This document shows positions 25,483 through 37,270 of a stretch of DNA of 64,000 nucleotides, piece by piece; position 1 is the stretch's first letter; every line of letters begins with the position of its first letter. The notes beneath the pieces were generated by a model. The model ran no database searches, had not been told where the DNA came from, and saw nothing but the letters and a program-made list of their open reading frames with translations. The DNA is from Octopus vulgaris (taxonomy: Eukaryota): the NCBI GenBank assembly GCA_951406725.2, contig OX597831.1, positions 45,942,001-46,006,000 of the forward strand, written 5' to 3'. A program made the translations under genes and the position numbers.

Positions 25483-25803
25483 TTAAACCCATCTAATTTT
25501 ATTAAACATAGCAATTTTTCTGCCCCATCTTCAGTTCTTGCAGGCTGTCAAGGGTTGGGATTTGGATTCTCTCTGAGAAACACTATTTTAGATGGTAAAT
25601 AATGGTGATAGATGCTATTTTGGCTAAAGAAACTAGAGCCTGAGGATTACCTCATGTTATTCTTTTGAAAGTGAGGTAGGGGCAGTATACATATAGCTGT
25701 CACTAAGGACACAACATTCTGCCGGAAATTGAAATCCTGACTTTGTGATTGTGAGCTGAATGCCCTACACACCATACCATGCACCTTCACAATGTAGTTT
25801 TAG

Positions 25804-25805
<2 letters not shown>

Positions 25806-25896
<91 letters not shown>
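25806..25896. repeat. (CT)n(TA)n compound microsatellite
   Basis: Directly visible. Confidence 0.95.
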
Positions 25897-25897
<1 letters not shown>

Positions 25898-27106
25898 CCC
25901 TTTAAATATATACACATGTATTAGAATTTTCTCTGATTCTTCAGATTTTTGTATGCTAGGCTACTGGTTTTAAATTGATATTAATTAAATTAATATTCAA
26001 TTTATCTCCCTCGTTATTTAAATATATTTATATATTTCTGCTATATAGAATGTTGTATTAACTAGATAATATGTAGTGTCTGTTGTATATAGTGTTTATA
26101 AAGTGGTTGGCAACCAAGAAGAGTAAGTGTAGAGTTGAGTTGGTCTTTTAGTGTTGACTTTTTGAGGACATGACAATCTCTTTAGTGATGGTGTCATCAT
26201 AAAATGGACCCTATACACTCTACAAACGTGGTTCGCTTTTGGGACCTAAAGTAAAATATGCATGTGAGAGGTCTCCTCCAACCTCTTAGCAAAGGCAGTG
26301 GCTCCTAGTAAGAAATGATTTGGACCATGATGGCCTATCGTCATCATCATTTAATGTTAATTTTCCTTGCTGGCATGGGTTGGATAGTTTGACAGGAGCT
26401 GGTAAGCCAGAAGGTTATGCCAAGCTCTACTGTCTGCTTTAACTCGGTTTCTATGCTGGATGCCCTTCCTAACTGCAACCATTTTACAGAGTGTACTGGG
26501 TGCTTTTTACATGTTACCTGTACAGGTGAGGTTACCAAGTACTTGCAAGACAAAGATCCTGTAACTGAGAGGCAGGTGGTATTGCAGGAGGTGGCTTTGT
26601 GCCAGGTGATGAGAATAGAGGGACAGAAACAGGTGTCTTGCTGTAGAGGAGATACATGGCCACCCCAGTAGGAGAGAGAAAGAGAGATGGTTGTGACATG
26701 TCAGAGTATACTCTTAAGGTACGAGGAGGTTACTGTCAATGGAATGGTACTGGGTGAGTGAGTAGGGAGTTCATGAGAGTGCAAAGGAAGAGAAGATGAA
26801 TGCAGTGAGTGGTGAGACGGGTATATAGGAAAGTGGCAGGAGAGAGATGACAAAGTGATATTAGGGTGCATGAGTGGGTGGGTGGGTGGAGGGAAGACAA
26901 ACAAAGCATGGAGAAGAGATGTAGTTTGGTTCATTGGGGTGGGGTGTGTGAGAGTGCAAAATGATGATGATGGTGATGTTTGCAAATATACATAGTAGTA
27001 TATAATGTCTACTTTATAATTATGTAGTATTAGTTTTTAGTAGTGTGGCATCAGCTATATCATCATAGTTTGATGTTGTGAATGAAAATGATGATGATAA
27101 TATACA

Positions 27107-27163
<57 letters not shown>

Positions 27164-27169
27164 ATATAT

Positions 27170-28645
27170 GTCTGTGGCAGATGCTCAGGAGCAATAAACA
27201 CTGGAAATGTGCAGAGACCAACTTCTACCATGTTCCAGGGAGACAAACTAGAAGTAGTTGATAGCTTCCGCTACCTAGGTGACCAAGTCAGTAGCAGGGG
27301 TGGGTGTGCTGAAAGTGTAACTGCTAGAGTAAGAATAGCCTGGGCAAAGTTTAGAGATCTCTTACCCCTGCTGGTGACAAAAGGCCTCTTGCTCAGAGTA
27401 AAAGGCAGACTGTTTGATGCATGTGTACGTACAGCCATGCTACATGGTAGTGAAACATGGGCTGTGACTGCTGAGGATATGCGTAAGCTCGCAAGAAATG
27501 AAGCCAGTATGCTCCGATGGATGTGTAATGTCAGTGTTCATAATCGACAGAGTGTAAGTACCTTGAGAGAAAAGCTGGACCTAAGAAGCATCAGTTGTGG
27601 TGTGCAAGAGAGACGTTTGCGCTGGTATGGTCATGTGACGAGAATGGCTGAAGATAGTTGTGTGCAAAAGTGCCACACCCTAGCAGTTGAGGGAACCTGT
27701 GGAAGAGGTAGACCCAGGAAAACCTGGGACGAGGTGGTGAAGCACGACCTTCGAACTTTAGGTCTCACCAAGGAAATGACTAGAGACCGAGACCTATGGA
27801 AGTATGCTGTGCATGAGAAGACCCGGCAAGACTAGTGAGACCATAACCCGTGGCCTCTACCTGGTATGTAGCCAGTCGACTTATACATACCTTTCCTTCT
27901 TGGGACACAAAACTCCACTTGTGAAGACCCGTTGAGGCATGTGAAAATCAAATCAGATATCAGAAGGCAGAACCAAAATCGAAGTATATCAACATCAATG
28001 GAAATTGCGGCTGTGATACCAGTGCCGGTGACAAGTAAGCGAACCATCCGATCGTGGCCGTTGCCAGTGCCGCCCCGACTGTCCTCTGTGCCGGTGACAC
28101 GTAAAAAGCACCATCTGTTCGTGGCCGTTGCCAGCCTCGCCTGGCCCCCGTGCCGTTGGCACATAAAAGCACCATCCGCTCGTGTCCGTTGCCAGCCTCG
28201 CCTGGCCCTTGTGATGGTAGCACGTAAAAACACCATCCGTTCGTGTCCGTTGCCAGCCTCGCCTGGCCCCCGTGCCGTTGGCACGTAAAAGCACCATCCG
28301 CTCGTGTCCGTTGCCAGCCTCGCCTGGCCCTGTGCCGGTAGCACGTAAAAGCACCATCCGTTCGTGTCCGTTGCCAGCCTCACCTGGCCCCCGTGCCGGT
28401 GGCACGTAAAAACACCATCCGTTCGTGGTCGTTTGCCAGCTCTGTCTGGCACCTGTGCAGGTGGCATGTAAAAAGCACCCACTACACTCACGGAGTGGTT
28501 GGCGTTAGAAAGGGCATCCAGCCGTAGAAACACTGCCAAATCTGACTGGGCCTGATGAAGCCTTCCGGCTTCACAGACCCCAGTTAAACCATCCAACCCA
28601 TGCTAGCATGGAAAACAGACGCTAAATGATGATGATGATGATGAT
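27170..28645 (+). mobile_element. 5'-truncated RTE-clade LINE (ORF C-terminus to 27835, long 3'UTR, (GAT)n tail) inside a (TA)n tract
   Basis: LEVVDSFRYLG...ARVRIAWAKF...KGRLFDACVRTAMLHGSETW...RRLRWYGHV.RM...GRGRPRKTW, RTE RT C-terminal motifs. Confidence 0.9.
28088..28478 (+). repeat. ~61-bp GC-rich tandem array (about 6 units) in the RTE 3'UTR
   Basis: Unit GTGCCGGTGGCACGTAAAAGCACCATCCGTTCGTGTCCGTTGCCAGCCTCGCCTGGCCCCC with few substitutions. Confidence 0.9.
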
Positions 28646-28739
28646 ATACATACATATATATATACACATACATATACACACACATATTTACATATACATA
28701 CATACATATATATATACACATACATATATATATATATAT

Positions 28740-28784
<45 letters not shown>

Positions 28785-29105
28785 TATATACATATACATA
28801 CACATATATATGATTTTTTGATTTTGATTTTTCTAGTTTCAGCTAATGAGCTGTGGCCATGCTGGGGCACCGCCATTTACGTGCTACCGGCACGGGGCCA
28901 GGCGAGGCTGGCAACGGACACGAGCGGATGGTGCTTTTACGTGCCAAATGTATATATATCTATATATATATACATACATATATATATATATATATATGTA
29001 TGTATATATATATCTATATATATATACATACATATATATATATGTATATATATATATATACACATACATACACAAATACATATATACATATAAATATGCA
29101 TACAG

Positions 29106-29175
<70 letters not shown>
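28646..29175. repeat. (TA)/(CA) microsatellite field containing a small insertion (28812-28947)
   Basis: Directly visible. Confidence 0.9.
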
Positions 29176-29176
<1 letters not shown>

Positions 29177-30995
29177 AGGGTATATGTCAGCTGTATTGTT
29201 TGTAGTATCAGTTACATTGTATGCATGTATGTATATATCTAGCATTGGCTGTACTAGGTACATACATACACTAGTAGACACAGCATGGCTGAGTAGTTAT
29301 GAAGTTTGTTTTGCAATCATGAAACTCTGGTTTCAATTCTATTACACAGCATCCTGAGCAAGTGTCTTTTACCATAGCCATGATTTGGCTATGTTAAAAC
29401 CTCGTGACTGAAATTGTGTGAAAGCCATTTGTATGGATAGTACATTCAGTTCAAAGATTCAGCTTTGTCTCACAAGCAGCATTATGCCGGTTCTGACTGG
29501 GGGTTACAGAAGATTACAAGTACTTGTGGAATACTCGGCCCTTTATATGCTAATTCATTAGGCTGGTAATTCATTTGACTGAACAACTGAATATTCATTG
29601 TTGAAACTGGTGGAAATTGATTTTACCTTATTTAGTATTGGCCAAGTGAAGTAAAATAGGAGGAACATGGCCTAGTGGTTAGGTTGTTGCATTCATGATT
29701 ATGTGATTGTAGTTTCAATTCCTGGACTAGGTAGTACATTGTATTCTTGAACAAAACCCCTTATTTCATGTTGTTCCAGTTCATTCAGCTGTAAATGAGT
29801 TTCAGCAATCGCTGGGAAGTTAACCCTGTGATGGACTACCATCCTATTCAATAGGGAGAGTGTTGTATTCCCAGTCACTTATGTGCAATGGAAATAAGGT
29901 TAAGCTCTGGCCTTATGAGTCCTAGAGTTTGGCAGACTGACCTAAGCTTAAGCAAGTATTGGCTACAGTGTCAGAATATATAGCATCAAGTACAACAGAT
30001 TGCATGTGTAGTATTGGTTTCAAATTTTGGCATAAGACCAGCAATTTCGAGGGAGGTATTAGTTTATTACATCCACCCCAGTGTTCAACTGGTACTTATT
30101 TCATCAACCCTGAAAGAATGAAAGGCAAAGTTGACCTTGGCAGAGAAAGAAGATACATGAAGCCTAGCGAAATTGTAGTTGTGGTCAGTGACACATAAAA
30201 GGCACCCACTACACTTTTGGAGTGGTTGGCATTAGGAAGAGCATCCAACCATAGAAATCAAACCAAACCAGACTGGAGCCTGGTACAACTCTCTGTCTTA
30301 ACAGTTCCAGTCAAATTGAGTACCCCATTCCAACATGGAAAATGGATGCTAAATGATGATGATGAATGTAAAGACAGACAGATTGCATGTGTAATATTGA
30401 GGTATATAGTGTTTGGATCTGTTGTATGTATTAATGTATTATCATGAACCAGGCTGTAGGGTATGGATGATCAGCTGCAGTGTCAGTGCTCATAGCATGG
30501 ATAATATAATAGGATTACTTCTAAATGACGACCACTGATATAATGTAATTGCTACTACACAATGTATTCCTTATAATTTTCTTACCTGGAGCTAAAATGT
30601 GAAGGCGTATGGCTTAGTGGTTAGGGTGTTGTACTCATGATCATTGTGAGTTTTGATTTCTGTTTTGATTGTGGTTTTGATTTTTGGACCCAAGAGTTGC
30701 ATTGTGTTTCTGAGCAAAGCACTTCGTTTCATGCTGCTCCAGTCCACTCAGCTGGTAAGAATGAGTAACCCTCCAACAGACTGGCATCCCATCCAGGATG
30801 ATGGAGAAACTGGGGAGACTGGTCCTATGATCCTTATTGAGTAACCTTTTATTTGTTTTAGTCATTAAATTGTGGCACTGCTTTGAAGAATCTTTAGTCA
30901 AATGAATCGACCCCGGTACTTATTGTATTTGTCCTTTTTCTGAACACACACACACACATATACATGACAGACTTCTTTCAGTGTCCATCTATCCT

Positions 30996-31291
30996 TGCCT
31001 TGTGAGTGAATTTGGTAGACGGAAACTGAAAGAAGTCTGTCGTATATATGTATATATAATATATATATATATATATGTGTGTGTTTGTCCCCCTAGCATT
31101 GCTTGACAACCGATGCTGGTGTGTTTTCGTCCCCGTCACTTAGCGGTTCGGCAAAAGAGACCGATAGAATAAGTACTGGGCTTACAAAGAATAAGTCCCG
31201 GGGTCGATTTGCTCGACTAAAGGCGGTGCTCCAGCATGGCCGCAGTCAAATGACTGAAACAAGTAAAAGATAAAAGAAAGAAAGATAAAAG
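30996..31291 (+). mobile_element. 5'-truncated young CORE SINE inserted antisense in an older copy of the same family (host about 30845-30990 and 31292-31420, -)
   Basis: Host stops at ...TCCATCTATC and resumes at TATCAAATTCACTCACAAGG. Confidence 0.8.
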
Positions 31292-31759
31292 ATATCAAAT
31301 TCACTCACAAGGCTTTGGTTGGCCCGAGGCTATAGTAGGAGGCACTTACCTGAGGTGCCACACAGTGGGACTGAACCCAGAACCATGTGGTTGGGAAGCA
31401 AGCTTCTTACCACACAGCCACATATACTAATCAAAAGTACAACCCACTTAGCAGCGAGTTGACATGATTTAAGAACTTGCCTTATCTTTCAATCTATTAC
31501 AGTTGATCAAGAAATAAAGCAGCAGTTGTAAGCAACCAACTTTCCTGAGGAGTTTGACTGGAAAAAAAAAACCAAACAAACACAAATCAGTGTTATTACT
31601 GCAGCAACTACGCAGTGTGGTCAGATCACAAACCAAGGCAGCAACTAATTTATTAATGTAAGTACATTATCTTTCAAATTACAGTTGTTTTCATCCCATC
31701 TCTATATGTTATAGTTTCAAACCATTGTGTATTATATCTGATAAGCTCTATGTTTAGTT

Positions 31760-32270
31760 CAGTTCTATATTTAAGAGATGAGGAATTATGTACATTATTT
31801 ACATTCGACGGATATTTGTCCTCATCTTGTTTGTTGTTAACACAACGTTTCGGCTGATATACCCTCCAGCCTTCTTCAAGTGTCTTGGGGAAATTTCGAA
31901 CCTTGGTTCTCATTCCAAAGGTATTTTTCAATGTTATTATTATCATTATTATTAAGCTCACTGCCTGGAATTGAATTTGGAATCGTGGGGTTAGTAGCCC
32001 GCGCTCTTAATCACAATGTCATATGCACATGGGCATATGGCATAGTGGTTAAAAGCGTGAGCTATTAACCCCAAGATTGCAAGTTCGATTCCAAGCAGTG
32101 ACCTGAACAATAATAATAATAATAATAACATCGAAGAATACCTTAGGAATGAGAATCCAGGCTTGAAATTTCCCCAAGACACTTGAAGAAGGCTGGAGGA
32201 TATATCAGCCGAAATGTTGTGTTAACAACAAACAAGATGAGGACACATATCCGTCGAATGTAAATAATGT
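31760..32270. mobile_element. Palindromic non-autonomous Penelope-type element: two head-to-head tRNA-like + hammerhead units
   Basis: ~240-bp inverted arms centred at 32029/32030; 12-13 bp TSD (T)CTATGTTTAGTT; extra 32-nt tail on one arm only. Confidence 0.8.
31839..31884 (-). ncRNA. Minimal type I hammerhead ribozyme-like motif (C3>U variant); mirror copy on + at 32178-32223
   Basis: GACAC TTGAAGA A GGCTG-gagggtatat-CAGCC GAAA CG TT GTGTT: helix I GACAC/GTGTT, helix II GGCTG/CAGCC, palindromic ACGT helix III. Confidence 0.6.
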
Positions 32271-34601
32271 CTATGTTTAGTTGTTGTAGTTTATGTTTAG
32301 CTTGAGTTCAGTCTTGATCAAGCAGACCTATGATTAAAGATGTTCCATTTATGACCAGCCTGTCTTTTAATTCACACTCATAGTATTTCTAGGACTACTT
32401 TATCCATTGTGTCCTTCCTTATTTTTAAGTTAGTAGTAATTTGAAGGAGATTCAGCTACTATATCTAGCAGGTTGAACAACCATGTAGAATCTCCTTCAT
32501 TCGCTTGTTTATGTTTAGTTGTTATAAAGTTATTGCACTGCTATAAAGATTATCCATTCACAAATTACATAGCATCTGGTTCTCATATAGTTCTCATAAC
32601 ATTATATTGGTCACAGATATGTCTCCTGTTGGTTTGGACTAAAGTCTGTTGTAGATAGCTTTCTCAGTAGAGACTTCATCATCATCATCGTTTAACGTCC
32701 GCTTTCCATGCTAGCATAGCATGGGTTGGATGATTTTGACTGAAGGCTGGCGAACCAGATTGCTGCACCAGGCTCCAGTCTGATCTGGCAGTGTTTCTAC
32801 AGCTGGATGCCCTTCCTAACGCCAACCACTCCAAGAGTGTAGTGGGTGCTTTTTACGTGCCACCGGTGCGCTTATTTCTCACAGCTCAACTGATGCAATG
32901 GATGCTAACACCATCTTTTAGAATCAACAAATTATTACAATTCTTTGTTTCCAACTGAGATATTTTGCTTTGTCTCACATGGCAGTTACTACAAAAAACA
33001 GTACATGTTCAAGTGACTATGATTGTTTTAATAACTTTCCTAGGGTCTCCACCAATCAGAGTTGACTATGCATTCTATATGAGCAGGCCAAAGGAAGAAT
33101 TTCTTTTTTTGTGAAAGACTAGCAGCCACCTATGCCTGCAAAGTTTCCTGCTATCAATATTGTCCAAGGGAAAGGCTTTTAAAGACCAATAAAGCTTGCA
33201 CCCCCCCCCCTTCAGGTGTTTCCCTCAAGACACAAAATGCTGGAAGAGATACAAAGCATCTCATCCAGTGCTATAACAGTTTTGTCTATCATCTGCCCTG
33301 GATTGGAACTTTTTTACATCATCAACCACTGTGTCGGTGACACATAAATGGCACCTGTGCTGGTAACACATTAAAGGTACCCATACAAATGATACGTAAA
33401 AGTCTTACATAAACTCTTGGAGTGGTTGGCTTGAGGGAGGGTATCCAGCTGTAGAAACCAAGCTTAAACAGACTGGAGCCTGGTGCATTCCCTGGCCTTA
33501 CCAGTTCCAGTCAAACTGTCTGACCCATGCCAGCATGGGAAACAGACGTAAATGATGCTGATGAAAAGAATGAAAGCCAAAATTTCTGCATATGTTTGGG
33601 GTGGAACAGGGGGATTGCCTTCAGTGCCAAAATGTAGTCACCAAAATAGATCAAACATCCAGTCAGCTGTGTCAAATCATCAGTGTCCAAACAACCATGC
33701 TCAGTCATCTCATTCCAATTCAATCATATCTGATGCTCTAATGGTTCTTTCAATTCACCACTTTTAGCAACTTTTATTGTTTTCTTTTCTAAGTAACGAT
33801 CTTCTCTTAGTTAGTTCATCAACTCCTGACTCGAACAGACACTTTGGTTTAACACTTTTGTTACCATTTTTATTTCAATTTATTTTGAAAATAATGAATT
33901 TTTATTCATGTTGTTTCAGAATTTATCCTGCATTACTGTGTAGCCTTGAGATTTCAATGATGAGATTGTTTATTTTTGGACTGACATTGTAGGATAGGTA
34001 TGAGAAGTTGGATCTGCCCAGTTTGAACATAAAACAGATAGAATATTGTGGCTGGATATGACTGGTTTAAATTCTAAAGGGTTAAGCTGGTGTTTGGGAC
34101 ATATGTGAACATGAAATTTTTGCAGATGATTTTAATATTGACTATTGAAAACAAAGAGTTTGTATTACAGAACCAAGAGCGTTTTCAGGCAGATTGGTAT
34201 CAAAAGAGTTAGTACAAGATATTATCAAATTTAAACCAACCATGTCCAGCCTAAATATTTTACCTGTTTTATATTCAAACTAGCCAGATCTAGCCTCTCA
34301 CACCCATCCTACAATGCCATTCTAAAAATAAACAATCACATCATAAAAATCTTGAAGCTATGAGATAACGCATGATTAATTCAAAAGAGAGTGAATAAAC
34401 AAGCATCACATTTAATAGAGTAATCTGGATGCTAAAGTGTTAAAAGTTAGTTTGACTCATATAAACTTAAGTCCAAAAAAATTCAGTCATTTGTTGACTC
34501 TAACAGTCAAAGAGTCAAGATTTGTTTTTTTCTTAATAATTTGTTCCAAAACTGAATTTTTTGTTTAATTTTTATTTTTTTAATCTTTTACAGTTTGTAA
34601 A

Positions 34602-36219
34602 ATGTTAGAACCTGTTCACAGCATGAGAGGGAAGCTGCCATCACTTCACCGGATTGGTAAAACGAAATGCATTGATGAGGATGAACCGCCACCAATCCAT
34701 GATCTCAGTTTTGATCCAGTTCCATTTGCACTTCTTGAAGATAATCGCTTTGATGTCAGCGATGCAGAAGAAACACTTCGAGCTCTACGGAGAGCATTCC
34801 GTATAGTTTGTCCTGGAAGACATGCTTGCAAACGATCATTTGATCATTCTGGCTTGAACATCACACATTGTCGTGATGGTGTTGGGCTGGGGAAATATTA
34901 TCTTCAGCTCCAAAAGATTATGGAGAAGAGGGCTTGGCTAGAATTTACTCATGATTGGATGTACCGAGTGAAATCCACTTTGCTTTTCATACAAGAACTT
35001 GAATCCATGGTTTATACTGAATACTGCACACTGTATGATATTATGCACAATAACCAATTACCACAGGACATTGAGAGCAAACTTTGTGGTTTGAATTCGA
35101 TCTGTGAAGATTTGCGAGTGCACAGCAACCACTGGAACAGTATCCAACAGAGAATCCGAACACAGCAATGGATGCAGCCGTTGCTAAGTAGCGTTTACTC
35201 AGAGTTGAAAATGTTAAAGAAAGTATTTTTTCAGCTACAGGATGCTACAATATGGTGGATTCACAAATTAATTGAAATTGGTCTTGTAGTATTTTCTCAC
35301 TCTCAGATGAGCCATGTTTCAAATGAAGTATTTTGGAGTGTTGCTCGTGGTCTGGAAGACTTCAATTCTATTGTCACAAGTGCCAAGCTGAATGCCTTTC
35401 ATGACAATGAAAGCATAATATTCAAGGACCCTAATCTAATGGCTATGTGGAACAGTATTATGATAAATTCTAAATTTCACAATTTATCTTCCCTCATTAC
35501 TATATCACCCATTTCTTTGAATCACATTTTGAATTGTTTCGCAAACCAAAGGTCGCGCTATGCCACTTTTGACACACATCGATTTCTAACAAAAAGTGAT
35601 GAATTCATCGACAACTTAGATACAGGCATACTTCCAGGGTTTGTCTGGAATGATTTGTCTGCCAATATCATGAGTGCAGTGTCATCTGAGTCCTTTGAAC
35701 ATCAAATTGGTAATGGCAGTGCAAGTTTGAGCACTGTCATATTAAATGTGAACCCCTTAAAAGCTCCTGATCTTTCTGTTTTAATGTCCCCACTGACTGA
35801 CTTCGTCAGAAGGGAACAAGATTTCGCTGAAAAATTTCTAAGTGTCATATGCAATTCAACAAATTTTTTACGTTATGATAATACAAATAATTCTTCAACA
35901 AAGGACAACAAAAGTGTTACTACAAACCGGTTGACAGCTCGCAGGTTTTCTGGTACGCCGGTTCTCTCCAGAACAGATTCACGTCGTAAGACTGTTTCCT
36001 GGGGTGACACTGCAAATTCTTCTATCAAATCTCAATTAGTTACTACTTATTTAGAGAATATATGGGAGAACTTTGGTAAAAATTTTGAACACCTTATATA
36101 CGAACCAGCCTGGAATGGTGAGAGAAGTTTAATGAGGACAGATGTCGGTTCCTTATTTCTGGTTAACGACGCATTAGTATTAATGTTATGTCGAATGATT
36201 TATCATGGCATCGTTAAAG
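34602..36219 (+). CDS. CCDC142: CCDC142-like protein, coding exon 1 (exon starts 34594)
   Basis: Long open frame; acceptor TTTTACAG at 34593; donor AAAG|GTAAGT, phase 1. Confidence 0.88.
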
Positions 36220-36823
36220 GTAAGTTCAGTCTTGAAGTACAACTTTGCTACTATTCCTACTTAAAAAATGCTTGTCTGTGTGAGCGACCAGAAACTTACT
36301 TAGGGGTGAGCAGGCAGCAGGGGAAACCTTCAGAGGAAGAACTGTCAACTAAATGTTTTGGCCTGTTCTAAGGGAACCGGGCCCACCTAGGTAGTGACTC
36401 CCAGATATCCCCCTGCTGGTATTTAATCCTTTAGCATTCAGATTTATTTGTCAAATGTATTGTTTATTTATTCACATTGTTTTTAATTAATCACGCATTA
36501 TCTTGTAGTTTCAAGGTTGTGTCTGCATATTTTTAGAATGACTTTGTAAGATAGGTGTGAGAGGTTGGATCTGATTGATTTTTAACATAAAACAGGTAGA
36601 GTATTTGGGCCAGATATGGCTGGATTAAATGCTGAAGGGTTAAATGCCATCTTCAGTGGGGGTTGAACTCGAAACCTTTTTGAGCTTATTGCTCAGCCAT
36701 GCAGAACTGCATGAACTTGCATTGTTTCAAACTGGGTTTTCTTCATCCCATGTTTAGTGGCTTGCTCTATACCTTTTAATTCCATCTGTGTGTGTATTTA
36801 TGTATGTGTGCATCTGGGTATAT

Positions 36824-37019
36824 ACTCTTTACTCTTTTACTTGTTTCAATCATTTGATTGTGGCAATGCAGGAGCACCGCCTTTAGTCAAGGAAATCGAC
36901 CCCATGACTTATTTTTTGTAAGCCTAGTACTTATTCTATTGGTCTGTTTTGCCGAACTGCTAAGTTACGGGAATGTAAACACACCAGCATCGGTTGTCAA
37001 ACGATGTTGGGGGTGGGGA

Positions 37020-37101
<82 letters not shown>

Positions 37102-37270
37102 TATATACGACGGGCTTCTTTCAGTTTCCGTCTGCCAAATCCACTCACAAGGCATTGGTTGGCCCAAGGCTATAGTAGAAGACACTTGCCCAAGGTGCCA
37201 TGCAGTGGGACTGAACCCAGAACCATGTGGTTGGTAAGCACGCTACTTACCACACAGCCACTCCTGTGCC
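36824..37270 (-). mobile_element. CORE-type SINE with expanded (CA)n
   Basis: Matches the 4586-4992 family. Confidence 0.85.

Noticed and set aside
28088-28478. Regular repeat array resembling a CRISPR array
   Set aside because: Units are contiguous and similar along their whole length, with no unique spacers and no cas genes; it lies in a LINE 3'UTR.
28552-28575. CTGATGA followed by a hairpin (hammerhead candidate)
   Set aside because: No GAAA after the stem; other copies read CTGGTGCA, so this is a chance mutation.
27832-28596. 254-aa and overlapping repetitive ORFs
   Set aside because: Translations of the GC-rich tandem array, with no splice or domain support.
28584-29281. Many Y/I/H/T/C/V-rich ORFs here and at other microsatellites
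   Set aside because: Artefacts of (TA)n/(CA)n tracts.
32031-32102. tRNA gene
   Set aside because: Acceptor and anticodon stems do not pair properly; it is the head of the repeat element.
36220-36371. Last 50 codons of the 589-aa ORF
   Set aside because: Intron read-through past the GTAAGT donor at 36220; the spliced frame continues at 41449.
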